DNA of 63,993 nucleotides, the filler included, from Basidiobolus ranarum (lineage: Eukaryota): the NCBI GenBank assembly GCA_040143965.1. It is 7 parts of 7 records of this genome, joined end to end, with 100 filler letters (N's around TTAATTAATTAA, not from the genome) between each part and the next. Parts side by side here need not be neighbours in the genome. Positions count along the whole stretch, not along the records: positions 18,656 to 27,876 come from JASJQH010000856.1; positions 27,977 to 37,195 come from JASJQH010000857.1; 5 more parts are not named here. One strand, 5' to 3'. The notes below the pieces were generated by a model. The model had not been told where the DNA came from and searched no databases. It saw nothing but the letters and a program-made list of their open reading frames with translations. Shown here one piece after another: positions 21,993 to 35,461 of this stretch (positions are counted from its first letter, which is position 1; each line of letters opens with the position of its first letter). Made by a program: the position numbers and the translations under genes.

Positions 21993-24900
21993 TTACAACT
22001 TGAACTTGATGTGGTTACGACGTGCTTTGGAGGGGTACTTATTCTTAATCCATGTACCTAATGGTCCCAAGACAATGAAATACTCAACGAGGATATTGAC
22101 TAAGCAATTGACCAAACAGTAAATGAACAGAGTCCATCTGAACTTATGAGGCATGACATTATGTCCGATAGCACTATTGTAACTCTCTATATACCAAGTA
22201 GGCTTAGGGTATCCCTCTTCTACCAGGATATTGGGAGTACCACAATTGATTCGGAAGAAACAACTCATACGATTGGGATCAGCTAGAGTAAGAACGCTGA
22301 CAAAGGACATCATACCAAGATACATGATGACCAACACATAGTTTCGCCACCAGGATTGTCTGAACTTATAACCAAAGTTGAACACTGCTGCTGCATTGAT
22401 GAATTGATACAAGCATACGATTGCTATCAACTCGGCCTCGTAACTGTCAGCCAACAACCACCATCTTGCTGCATCAGCACTTGCACCATCAAACTCGTTA
22501 CATACGAACCACTGTTGTCTGAAGAGAAGACCGATAGCACCAATGAAGAATATCAGGTTCACGAATACTTGCGAAATAGCAGATGTGAGAGTAGCAGGCC
22601 CTAGAAGTCTAGCAGTAGGTCTTTCAGAGTCTAGTTTGGCAGCTGGCTTAGATAGAGTAAGAGCCCATGCCAATCCAACGGTAACGAAACCATCAATAAC
22701 CACCCAGATCCACTGTTGAACAACCACAGTGAAATAGTATTGCATAAGCTCCAAGAACGCCATGGTTTCTCCGTACAAGATCAAGAATTTGAATACTGCA
22801 AAAGATGTAGCCAATGCCGTACGGCCTTGTTTCAATAATTCAACACAAGAATAGATGGAACGAACACTTGTACTGAAAGGAGAAACAATCGAGGCCTCGG
22901 CTTCACTGAGAGCGATTCCAACATGGGCAGCTCTTAACGCACCACAATCGTTACCACCATCACCGCACATACCCACAACAGAGCGTTCCATATGAAGTTG
23001 AACACATTGAACTTTACCATCTGGGGTCATTCTTGCAAAGACTCGGATATTTAGAAGGTATTTTCGGATATCACCGTTCCTAACCAATTCATCAAAAGCC
23101 TTGGCTGTCACAGCTAACTCAACTTGATTAGGATGATTGTGTAGAGTTTCATCAACGTTTACATATTCCGACGAATCGAAATCCATCCATTCAAGTCTAG
23201 AGTTAGCACCAACGTCTCCTAGCAAGACGCGACCACCAGTAGGCATCATACCACAAGCACGAGCGATGTAAATGCCAGTGAGTGCATTATCACCGGTAAT
23301 CATGACAGTACGAGTATCACCACCTTTTAACTCGGCAATTGCTGCGGTAGTATCATCCTTGAGCTTATTTTTAAATAAGATCAATCCAGCGAAAGTAGCC
23401 ATGCTCTCCATTTGCTCACGAGACCATTTCTTGACAGTTTCAATATCGATAGGGCCTAGATCACGATGAGCCAATGCCAAAACATAGCATCCCTCTCTAG
23501 CATAGGAAGCGGTAACGGTATCAAAGTCATGAGGGATACTTTCAGGCTGAGAGAGCTCCTTGATTTTCTCAAAGGATCCCTTGATAAAGATATGAACATG
23601 GCCAGTGGAGGAATCAAGTACGGCAACGGACATAGAAGCCCGAGCATGAACAAATTCAAAGCGTTTGATAATATGCACGGGCTTGACTTCAGGTGCGTAA
23701 CTGGGCACCAAGGAATCCAAATAAGCGACATTGTTACTCTCAATCAAGTTCCACTTGGTTGCTCTAAACATCTCAATGTCTACAGGGTTGCCGATAAATT
23801 GATCGTTTACTTGAGTCACAGCATGACAAGTGGCAAGACCCATTTGAATGTCAACTGGAGCTTTGGCAACAGATTCCTCTCTATCTTCAAAATGGCTTGA
23901 ACCATCATGGTCTTTTACTGTGGAGACACCATAGTAGTCAAGACCTTCCTTGGTTAAAGTTCCAGTTTTGTCGAAGCAGAAGATTTGAACTTTACCAGCA
24001 ATCATGATGCGAGGAAGATCAACGCAATAAATATTCTTTGATCTTAATCGACCAGCAGCAACAGATTGGCCCACAACAAGGGCAGCAGGAAGAAGAGGAC
24101 TCATGATCTGAGAAATAATGAAAATACCGTAAAACCAAGAAACAATATCACCACGACCCATTAACCACAATGAAAGACCGAAAGCAACCACACCCCAAAG
24201 CAATAAGATGATTACGACAATCTTCAACTGCTCATCAAAAATGAAGGATACCGGAGATGGGAATAGAATCTTGTGGACCATGTTTCCTTTATCTGTAGCG
24301 GTACCTGTGGCAGCAACGATAGCTTTAACCTTACCGTCGTCAGAGGTGGGGCTGACTTGGAGAACAGTTGTTCCGCAGAACAGAGTACTGCTTTTACTTG
24401 AAGCAGCATCATAGGCACCTTCGTCATTCTTAATCGGGAATTTACGGACAGGCATGGCCTCACCAGTCAAAGAACTTTCATTAACAATAACCTCACCAGA
24501 AAGAATTACTGCATCACAAGGCACACAATGACCAGATTGGACTTCGAAAACATCACCAGTGACCAAATCGGTAGAGGATACTGTGACCCACTTTCCATCT
24601 CTCAGTACGCTGCAATCCTCTCTAAACTCAGCCAAGCTCTTCACTTTGTGTTCGGATTTAAGTCTGAGAATCACTTTGATGATTGCAGAAATGATGATCA
24701 CCACTGTCTGCACCAAACCCATATAATAGTAGTTGAAATAATACCAAACCCAAAGACACATCATTTGATACAAATAGAAATATGCTCCGAATCTAAATAC
24801 AAATTGTACAAATTGGGTGAGAAAAGGGTCTGGAATTCAAATCGATGGAAACATTAAGCTTACTCTTGGATCACAGCTACGAAGAACGATGGCACATAAA

Positions 24901-26285
24901 CGCTAATGAAATTGGGACCTAGAAGCTCTAGACGATAAGCAGCCTCCTCCTTGGTCAGTCCATGAGAATGCTTGTGAAGTTGCTCGTTTGTAGGCGCAAG
25001 ATAAAAGACAAAAGGCTCGAAAGAATCTTTTTCGGGATTGTAAACGTAACGAGTACATTGGAATTCGAAATATCTTCTTTTCTTATCGGTAAGTAGAACC
25101 TTGGAAGTGGAAATCAAATAATCTCCACCGAAATAACGAGTGAAAAGTGCTTCACCTTGACGTAATTTACGAAGGAGAAGACTGTTGTCATCCAAAAGAA
25201 TCACTGCGTCCTTTTTCTTTTTGATTTGAATGTATTCACCTTTCTCATTTAGTGATTGGATCCGGAAATAGTTCCGAATACTGGAACTGTAAAGATACAA
25301 CACAATGAGCCAAACGGTTGTAACATGCCAGAAAGCACAGAAAATCTTTGATGATAGATCTGAGGTGAGGAATATTCCATAAGCCACTCCATTAACCGCA
25401 CCATAATAATCAGCGACGATGATACCAAGGAGTATAAGCCAGCCAATACCAATAGTGTAAGCATAAGTCATCACAAAGGTACCGAATATATTGTTAGTAA
25501 ACCCTTGGAAATCAAGCTCCTCAGATTCATGATGAGAAATCATCTCCTTCTCGTTCAAGCTGCTCTTTAGTTCAGATGCTCTTAGTTGAGACTTAACCGA
25601 CTAATAAAGTGAAATTAGAAGAAAACTCTCAAAATATAAAAATGAAAGGCGTACCTTCTCAGCGGCAGTCTTATACATATGCCAAGCAACAATCAACAGA
25701 AGTTCAGCCCCAACAATAGCGTAGATAGAGACAAACATTGGTTCTGTATAAGTAAAACTGGGCAAAGCGGCAGCGGGACAACTCAACCACATATTATCTT
25801 TAGCATCAGCACTCATCAATGGAAAGGTTTTGGCTAGTTTTGTGTTGCATGCGTTAGCAGTCATAGCCTCACGGTCAGTACCGTTAAAGTTGGGTATATC
25901 TACAAGTAGACTACTAGAATGACAAGGAAACAAAACTTGGCTGGTAACACCGCAATCACAAACATTTGCTATGGATTGGCATGAAGCATGGCAAGCACCG
26001 TCAGGGCAAAGCGTTTGTCCAGCTGGGCAGTTGGGGGCAAATTCAGGTGGACAGTTGTTGATGTTGCTCACGCAGAGCGTGGGGCAAGGAATGTCTCGGG
26101 CAGTGTGTAGCTTACAAGTGTGTCCAGACAAATCATAGTCATTTGCTAGGGGTAAAATAATTTTTTAGTAAAGTAATATATATATAGTGAAGAATGATAT
26201 AAATACCTGTGTTGAATACAGGAATTGCGGTGGTGACAGTTATGTAAAAACCAAACAAGGCAACCAAGTGTTTATATAACCTCAT
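21993..26285 (-). CDS. P5-type ATPase (P5B / ATP13A-Ypk9-like) with N-terminal signal peptide and Cys-rich domain; 4 exons (26285-26207, 26145-25655, 25600-24864, 24792-21993), ~1368 aa
   Basis: ESSLTGE, DKTGTLT, KGSFE, MITGDN and MCGDGGNDCGAL motifs. GT-AG introns join the three listed ORFs plus a signal-peptide exon in frame (4107 nt in total). Confidence 0.92.
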
Positions 26286-27876
26286 CTTGCGAATATTGAA
26301 CGAATATTCGAAGGGCAAGAAATAAGAAAAGGGAAGAGGATATTCAACGTCCTTTGAAAGAGTTTGACGAAAAGGTAGGGAAGGTTGTCTTGATTTTCCA
26401 AACTAAACAGAGGAAATAAATCTTCCGCACTGTCACCAACAACTCACGCAACGAATATTCGTTCCCGCATGCTCTTCACCTTTTATATTTAGTGGAATCA
26501 ATGACAGATGTGTATATAGGAAAAAGAGATCAAAGCCCCAAATCTTAATGTAACAAGGTTCTCTAGCGAATCTTTGACGATTATCTATTGAATTGATCCC
26601 AGACCAACTAGTATATATTTTATATCAAATAGTATGACGACTAAATTCCTCGAATTTCAACCGCAATTAGTCAAACTCGAGAACTATCATGGGTAATATG
26701 GAATAATTCCCCGTAAATTTCGCACCAGGAAACGAAAATATATCATCGTTTTTCTCATTTTGTTGCAATTTGGAGAACAATATGAGTGGAACAATTATTT
26801 AATCTCGATTCCCATCAAGGTGGATAAACTATCAGTAACACATGAAAACCCCCATCGATTATAGGGACGACGGCAAGTTAAGCTTACGTTTCACTAGCAA
26901 TGAGGGAACCATTTGGGGAAAAAAGTAATTTTCCGCATTCTTTTGGGCATGAGTATTGGAATGGGGAGAATAAGAGTAATCAAGACTCAATTAAGTTGAA
27001 AGATATATATTTGGAATCGATATATCTCTGGATATGGGATCACAAGATACATCGGAAATCTTACTAACGTGACACACGTTCGACACTTTACCAGTGTGAG
27101 AGTTCGTTTACCCTCATTCTTATTAGCCGCTTATCATGATAGCTTTACAGGTAACTTAATCAACAATTTGGACTGCATTTTCAAAGGCCCATCCTTCCAG
27201 CCATTTGATTTCTGCTGGTGATATGACTAGCACATGCTAAAACGTGAGATATTCCTTCGAATTATTGCCACGTCGTGTGTTACATGCAGATGACCAAATT
27301 AGGATACGTGGTACTAAAAAGGGTATTGGCTGAAAAAGAGGAAATCTGGAATTCACCAGCTGTTTTGAGGACTCCCAGCCTAGGTTGTTCAATAACCTTG
27401 CCTTTCATACGAGTTTTGTTCAAGATAAACGCCTTCTTCTTGAGCACCGTACTACTGCATTCTTTGCTACGGGGCCGATCGAAATATAACAGGTTATTAA
27501 GCTAAAAAGAAACAAGGGTTAAATGGATTTGCTTGTGATGGTAATAATTGATTTGCCTGCGATGGTAGTTGTTGTGTGTAATTTGCCTATGATCGACCTC
27601 ATTTGTTCGTGGCAGATTACTTGCAGGTTTAATCATCAACTCTGATCATGTTTCATCTATATGTGTTTCAAGTTGCAAAGAAGCATGCACTGATTTGTTA
27701 AATGGTCTCCCAAAAGTGGCTACTATTAATTAGGGAATTGCTCGCGCACTATCCAACACTTTATATCTAGCATAAGTTCTCAGTTATAATCCTTTTCTAA
27801 GCAACATATAATTCAACTTGATTACTACCCAAGTTCCAATTAATCAATCTACAACAATCAATCTCTCTTGCCATAT

Positions 27877-27976
27877 NNNNNNNNNNNNNNNNNNNNNNNN
27901 NNNNNNNNNNNNNNNNNNNNTTAATTAATTAANNNNNNNNNNNNNNNNNNNNNNNNNNNNNNNNNNNNNNNNNNNN
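27877..27976. other. Artificial contig linker
   Basis: N44-TTAATTAATTAA-N44. Confidence 0.99.
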
Positions 27977-29697
27977 CAAATACTTTTATATTCCTACAAC
28001 ACAACCACGACTACACCACTCTCGGATGGACCTATTGAAGCCCACTCAAACGCTATGGATTTTATTACTAGTTATACTCGTAATTTTTCTTGTCAATTAT
28101 TGAATACCATGACCAAGCCAATAGACGCTTGCACAAAATCACCGATTGATACTATAAATTATCAGGCAGCAGAAAATGATACACCTATAGATAAGCATAT
28201 GAAAACACTTACGGAAAATAACATGGAGTTGATGCTAAATCCAGATCCGGAACACTGTATGTACAATATCAACTAATTAGTGGTTCTATATTCTAACTGA
28301 TAGTCGTAGGGATTCAAGTAGAGCCGGAGTCTACTACTGCCTATATCGATCAATTATTACGCATGCGTAAAAAAAAAGGTAATTGTCACTTAAACGTTGT
28401 AAGAAAATTCATAATGCTAAAAAAGTTTTTAATGATAGTCTACGCTAATAACAGTAGCAACCGTTCACGTGAGACTCTGTCCATTCATGATAGTAGGATC
28501 TTCTTACATTGCTTGAACTTATGTTAAAAATTACTTAAACTGTTATATAATAGCTCTGGAAAAAGTTGGCATCGAAGACACTCCCAAACAGTGGACTAGT
28601 ATTTGGGAAGATTTTGAGATCAATCCTCAAATCTATAAGTATATTGCTGACATTAAGATAATGTATAATCGAGAGGTAGTGAATTGTTTGGCCTCAGAAT
28701 GCAACATTGAACTTTTAGAAAGAGATCTGGAAACCCCTACGGTAAGTAAAAATTTCATCATTATCTCGGCTATACTAATATAATATCACTATAGAGCTTG
28801 GATGAAGTAGAAACGTTACCACAACACCTCGAAGTCGATTTAATTCTGGATGAAACATGTGCTATCGTATAATATCCTCTTATTAAACTGTCCCAGAAAA
28901 CAGATCGAACATCTGACGAGCTAGACAATACGATGACGGTATTTACTCAAGCACTCATCAGAATGAGAAATAGATATGAAAATATATGGGTTGTACTAGA
29001 AGGATATGTTAAAACAAAAAATTCGTTCAGCAATTAGTACGTGCATGTAATGAAACAAGGAACTAGTCATTTTCTAACTATAGTATCAGCTTAGGGTTCG
29101 ATCCTTTCGCCCCTTATGTTCAAGAGGCGGTGACGGAACTTCACACCTTTGCTGCTTATGCCCGTATAGCTATAGACCTCAACGTTGAAATATTGTACTC
29201 ATTTTCACCTCAAGATTCGGCTCATATCGCTCGCATGTTGGGGGACATGATTGTTGCCTTCATAGATCAACCTACTCAAAACGTAGAATTCTTGAACTCT
29301 CAACAGTGGCAACTGAAAAAAAGTTGGAAAGCTAGAGACTGGCTATTTGAAGAGGAAAGCACGGTAAAATTTATTTATTAAAAATAGCATCTCTCAAATG
29401 TATCAATTAATCAAAGAATGTTTATCATTTAGCATGAGAGATTTCTCTCCAGTTTTATTACGTTTAATAGATTTAGTATCCAAGCAGTGTTAACTCTAAC
29501 ATCTCTCAGAAAATTGGTTGACTTGACACTAGAAGAGATGGAAATCTTACTTGAAGGATGGGTATCCAAATCACAGTTAGTTCGTATTCTTTTGTATTGT
29601 ATTGTAACCTTCTTGTGTAGTATTTAATTGAGAATTTATTTAGAAATTATTTTATAGGTTAATCCATACTCCTTTGGAGAACAATGATTTTGAATAG
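27977..29697 (+). pseudogene. 3' part of a multi-exon SHOC1/Zip2-like (XPF/ERCC4-like domain + HhH) gene with an in-frame stop
   Basis: Exons encode ELLERDLE, VDLILDETCAIV, YENIWVVLEGY, ILYSFSP and HERFLSSF..FNRFSIQAVL...LEEMEILL. In-frame TAA at 28870-28872. Family assignment is by recollection of motif pattern. Confidence 0.45.
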
Positions 29698-29902
29698 TGA
29701 AATACATGTTTAACTTCAATTTTGTGACTCATTTATGTATGATAATTATGAGGATATCATAAATTTCAAGTTATACACAGATTTAAGCTTGCATATATAA
29801 TATGTAGTAAGCTCTCAAGTACAGCAAAAAGCGAAGTCAAGTCAACAGCGAAGGTTTGATTTTTAAACTTGAATGGATCGGGTCGATGAATGGTAGAATG
29901 TT

Positions 29903-32400
29903 TCAAATGTCCAACTCTTTACATTCAGACAGTAAAGTAAAATCCCATATGGACATTTCACCTAGACAGACTATCCAACCTTCATCGATAGATTTATCTA
30001 AGAGTAGATTGGGAAAATACTTTTTAAGATGTTCTTGAGCGTCCTCTCCAACCTTTAATTTGGTTGTACGAAAACTTAAACCCCCTTGAGAGATTGAACT
30101 GGTAGGCTTCGTCTCAAATATTACATCTTCATATTCAGTAGTAAGCTCCATAGCATCACCAACTCCTAATGGTCGAAAAACGTTTTTTAATACCTCTTCT
30201 TCATTGGTTTCATAGTCTAGCACAGTAACATCGTAGAATATTGAGGGCAGATCGGAACTAAAGCAGCAATGATGTATTTTAGGAGGCTCGGCTGCTTCTC
30301 TACCTATAAGTCCATATACTTTGGGAGTTGAAGCAGAGATTTGAGGGATAAAATGACCGTGAAACCAACTATTTGAAAGTACATCTGTTTCTTGTCTAGA
30401 GCACTCTGGTATTCCAGAGAAAAAGCACACGTGGGCATAGCCAGTTGCTTTCATTGATGAATGATAGAAAGAAATACTCAAGTGAATCAATCATATAGCT
30501 ATGGTTAAACAAACTAAATCAATTTTTTCTAATTGAAAAGCTACTTGATAAGACCTAGTAATCAGCAAAATTACATGAAATATGCTTGATGAGAGATAAA
30601 TTTAGAGTTATATATATATATGAAGTACAAGAAAGTTAATACTTAAGTAACCATCATTTGAGTGACTATTGACTATATTCCGATATGTGTATATTGTCAG
30701 GCGTTATTGACTACTTTCGTAGTAGTATGTAGATATAAATATATTACAATTATAAATACCCTAGTCTAGATCCTCAGTAGCGGCAATCAGTAGGTTTGAA
30801 TCAGTTAGAATTCTCATTTCTGATCTATATTTGCACTCTAGAGATGAATAAACAGGGGTAAACTCAAATTAATGTACCGAGCAGCTTTAGTCATTCCTTC
30901 TGCAATTGTATCAACTGCATAATGCCTCCAAAAATACTTATTAGGACCGGCTTAACTTGCTTTACCTTATTCAATCCGACTTGCAGTGACACTACAACAG
31001 CGCCTGCATTCAAATTTTTCAGATATTGAGCTTATCTAACCGCCATCCTCATGTAATTGAGATATTATTCTCAGCCTTTACTTCTTTGGGATCATCATCT
31101 TTACTTTTGAGTCCCAAATAAGTAACAAGAATTTCTCAAATGCATACTAGCATCAAGGAAAAATGTATTACCTTCAAGGCCCATTTTGGCTTTACAATAA
31201 AAACTCAAAGGATATAATAATGACTTCATTTAATCGTCAACTATAATCGGTAAATAAGGTTGGTTGGTACCACCTCTTCCCCAAGAGGTTTCTCTAAATG
31301 GGTTGATCGCAATTTAAACGGCATTAAAGATCTGTCAAAAGTAGATATTAGTTCCGAAGCAAATTATAAACTAGAATTAAGAATGAGTCACTTTTGCCGT
31401 CTATTTCTTTCTTGATGTTCCCACCAATAAATAAATTCCGGTCAAACTACTTCCTAGTCTTTGGAATGCCATAGGTAAGAAGACGGATAATTGAAAGGAC
31501 TAAGACTAAACTTTGAAATTTCTACAAGAGTATCGTATAGTAGGCTCTATGTAAATGCCACCTTTAGGACTGGACCCCATTATTAAACCACTCGTATATC
31601 CATACCTCCAATGCCATAACTTGGATATGTAATTGAAGGTCAGTTGAGCATCATAGTGATTGCATACGTTCTGAACCCTTTGAGGGAAACCTGACGTGCT
31701 ACTGAACAATATCCGGAAGCATTTTTGAAAATTTCTCAAACCTTTTGTTTATATATCAGATAGATTAGACTTCAAAGAGAGTACATATAATTGTAAAACT
31801 GGGATTTTATCTCTGGCATGAACTTGTTGAATGTTAGCACTGTATTTAACCATTCACTAGTTACATTAACTTTCATGAAGATGTAGTTTACGAGATTACT
31901 GCAGAGATGAGAGAGTTAAGCAAAAACCCTAACACAGAAGATTAATCAGGGTATATGTAGAAGTTATTGGAAGCAATGTACAAACTTTAAGAGGCATAAA
32001 ATCATTGATAGATCTCGGTAACATTTTCTCAGCATAGTAAGTGTTTATTTTTTTTTCTAAAACACTAAATGAAGCTAGGATAACCCCCGTGAACGTGGCT
32101 GTGGCTGCTATACCATCCATGACGAAGGAATAGACTTCAGTGTTAACGTTTGAGACTATATTTGCGTAGATCACACTTTGTAATTTCCATATAAACGATA
32201 CAGTATGTAATATATTAGCACAGCATCTCTTGCTGTACATTTGCCATCTCATCTATATAATCTCTAATATATAATGTCAAGGGCAAGATGGTGTTAGTAA
32301 TTATCGGAATAGCGCATCAACTCCTATACTACGAATCATAGTGATGTCTGCCTTGAAGATGTTGATGATGGTTACATTATAGATTAATACAGCAGAAGCA
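29903..32400 (-). pseudogene. Multi-exon gene of unknown function, apparently disrupted upstream of an intact last exon
   Basis: Protein-like ORF segments at 29903-30490, 31506-31739 and 31929-32252 separated by GT-AG introns; stops and frameshifts in the ~30880-31330 exons. Boundaries approximate. Confidence 0.4.
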
Positions 32401-32925
32401 TTAGTCATATATCTTACCTTAAAACAATATTTGTAAAGCTCAGTATACATCGTTATTACTAGTAAAACAAAAAATTCACTTGAAATGGGCTTCCTAAACC
32501 CTTCCTCGATTTGTCTGAATTAGATTAGTTTGAAACCTGTCTTAATAAAAGCTCATGTTGAGAATCAAATAGATTGGCCATGCGAGCCTAAAGTTCGTTG
32601 AAATATAGCAAGGGCTATCTATAGATAGTAAATTCATTCATTTATTTAACAGAATGAATTGGTTGATACTTGGAAAAATATTTTCAAGATTTATATGCTT
32701 TAGTTGAAAATTTCAAAATACACAAAGGAGTAAATAGGGAAAAGGAGAGAAAAGCAACTGAACGTGATCAAGACATGGTAAATGCCCAGAGATTATTTGT
32801 GAGTATGAATGTTAGTAAGTAATATCAACGTCTCTGAGTAGCATATAGAACGTGTGTGCTCACCTATTCAAGAGAATATGGCTCCTTAAACGAGGTTACA
32901 AGATGAAATGATAGAGAAAAAAGGT

Positions 32926-33861
32926 TTACATGATGTTACTAAACCGTCTAGTTTTGTCCGCCCTTAGAGATCTAGCTCGGTTTCCGAGCTTCGAGGGAGG
33001 GCTCATAAATGGCAACTTTGCATTAAGTGCCGCGGACAGGTCTGGCTTTGTTGGCGTGGTGGGAGTGGTAGGTTGAATAGGAGAATTAGACCTCGAAGGG
33101 GTTAGTAAAGGTGTAATCAGACTCCGTGAACTAGCTAATCTACCCTCTAAAGTTTTCACTCTTTCCATGATTTCTTGAACCATAGCCAATGGATTATTAG
33201 GCTTATGTGGTTCAGGTAAAACATTCAAAAGAGAGTGCTTCTTGGAGAGTTGAGGGAAAGGAACCCGCGAGAGAGTTGGCGAAGGGGGTGGTAAACTTCC
33301 CCCGCGTGAGCGAACAATCTCAAGTTCAGTTTGAAGCTCCTTGAGCTCGTCTTTCAGACGCTGAACTTCCTCCATCAAACGGTTTTTTACCTCGGTTTCA
33401 TGCTCCAGCTTGATTTTCCATTCGACAGCTTTATTGAGGTGCTCCTCTAAGTCTTCAATACTGGTTTGAGCTCTTCTGCCATAGGTTTCGAGGTCATCAT
33501 TATTCTGCTCGAGCTCTCTGTTTCGCTTTTTATAAAGCTCATAGGCTTGTCTTAGTGTATCAATCTCTTTCTGCATTGTGGTTATTGTATGGTTAGCATC
33601 CAACTTTGATTCTTGATACTTTTGACGTAACGAGCCCAGCTCAAGTTTAAGCGTTTGATATTTATGATTTAACTCTTTGTTAGTTAGCTCTGAGCTATTC
33701 AATTCTTTCTCCAGCTCCTCTTCTAACTCCCGCGAAGATTCTTGAAAATCTTCGAGGCTCTCTCGTGTTTCAGCTAGCTTCAGCTCTAAATTTAGAGCCT
33801 TATCTTTCCAATATTTAATCTCATCTTCAGTCGAAGAAAACTGAGGGAGTTCCGAAGTCAT
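32926..33861 (-). CDS. nudE: Nuclear distribution protein NudE/NDE1 homolog (dynein regulator)
   Basis: FSSxEDEIKYWK...LEDFQESSRELEEELE N-terminal coiled coil, RELEQxNDDLE, and C-terminal ERVKTLEGRL; intronless. Confidence 0.92.
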   Translation of the reverse strand: MTSELPQFSSTEDEIKYWKDKALNLELKLAETRESLEDFQESSRELEEELEKELNSSELTNKELNHKYQTLKLELGSLRQKYQESKLDANHTITTMQKEIDTLRQAYELYKKRNRELEQNNDDLETYGRRAQTSIEDLEEHLNKAVEWKIKLEHETEVKNRLMEEVQRLKDELKELQTELEIVRSRGGSLPPPSPTLSRVPFPQLSKKHSLLNVLPEPHKPNNPLAMVQEIMERVKTLEGRLASSRSLITPLLTPSRSNSPIQPTTPTTPTKPDLSAALNAKLPFMSPPSKLGNRARSLRADKTRRFSNIM

Positions 33862-35461
33862 GTATGCCAGTTATTCCTGTTATCCTCTTGTTCCAAAAAT
33901 TGTCTCGTACTTTAAGTAAGGCCAAGTGATGAATTTAAGTCAGTTCCAAGTTACTGAGCTTACGATAACGCAGAGTGTTTCAAAGCGAAGCTCCGATAAA
34001 AAAAGGATTTTATAAAATCAAAATTTAGAGTTCAACCACGAACGGAACACAAAAATTAGAAGGCAGTAAAGATAATACAAAGGTGGCCAGGTATATTAGC
34101 TGAATACCTTAGAAAACGTTGGTACAAAAATCAAAACGAGGATAGAGCTACAACACCTTGGGATTCTAGTCACTTAGTTAATACCTCGATAAGCAAATGG
34201 GATTTTTTTTACAAATCTCTTGAAAATTATCATCCGATTCGTAAAGATGGAATCGAATTTTCGACATATCCATATTATCTTTCGGTTATCCTTAAATAGT
34301 ACTGTTATTGTTGATTTTAAGAATTTAGATTTCATCTTTGCCACTGTTACCCCTGTTCAATCGATCATGAGCTTAATTACTCTTAAATATAAGGATATAT
34401 CATTATTAACCATCGATGGCTACTGAACCTACTCAGAGCACAACAAATTTTCTTGAACTCATGACTCATTGGGTCAATAGAGTGGCTGTCGGGATTTGAA
34501 TGAGTTATGCAAAGTGTATACCAGTTCCTCTCAATTTCAAATGGATATATTGCTATCGTCGATATCAGACAAACAATAGACAGCATGGAGAACTTTGATG
34601 TAGCAATGATTCCAGGGTAAATACACTATGTAATTACATAACTCTAGTGAAGTAAACCTTGGGACATCCATGACATGGCACACCGGCTCAATTGCCACAG
34701 ATGTGGTTGGTAATAGTGGGATGACACGGAAAGTAACATAGGGCCATTCCGTTGAATGTGAGGCAAAATACAATTCGCTTACTTTTAAAGTGAATTAACT
34801 TCCAGGGGTTGCAAGATATTCAAGATATGATGGGAATCTATGAATTCCATTTCAAAAAAATCATGTTTATTTGAGAAACCATCGCCATTACAAAAACATC
34901 ATTTGAGGCAGATTCAAAACGACAATGTTTGCGATGAAATACATCGAACTGAGAATAAATAATGTCTTTGATTCGCTTGGCATTGAGTCTCTCTACTAAC
35001 ACTCCTGGAGAGCATCTGTAAGAAAGGATGTCGTGTCCATTATGTACTTATCAGGCACAAAGATATCTGAAGATGATGTTGATTGGCCAATAGGAATAAG
35101 AGGACAAACTCATAGTAAGAGTGAATGCACCAAGGGATGGCATTTCGATTGAATCAGACATATTCTACTCTCTGGACCCATTCCATGTTGCTGTGAAGTT
35201 TCAAAGGGATTTTCAAAAATTCAAAACTTGAGTTCTGATACTCGATCATTCTCCTAACCCTATTGTGGCACATGGCAAATCAGAAGCCTTGATATATGTT
35301 CCAGATATAATATGGCCTCAAAATAGAAATAAAGACAGATGCTGAGACTTCGCATCTGAATATTATCTCTCTGCCCAGTTGTTTAGTATATCGTGCTTCC
35401 TTACTTCTTCCCTTCTGCACTAGAAGCTTTCCAGGTTCAGCCATCAGTTTTTTTATTTACT

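Noticed and set aside
12553-24857. Numerous antisense or overlapping short ORFs inside the monooxygenase, secreted-pair and ATPase genes
   Set aside because: Shadow ORFs of real genes with no motifs or independent signals.
30880-31060. YMRMAV...AGAVVV resembling a Tad2/Tad3 deaminase N-terminus
   Set aside because: No HxE or PCxxC zinc motif found downstream; similarity too weak to name the gene.
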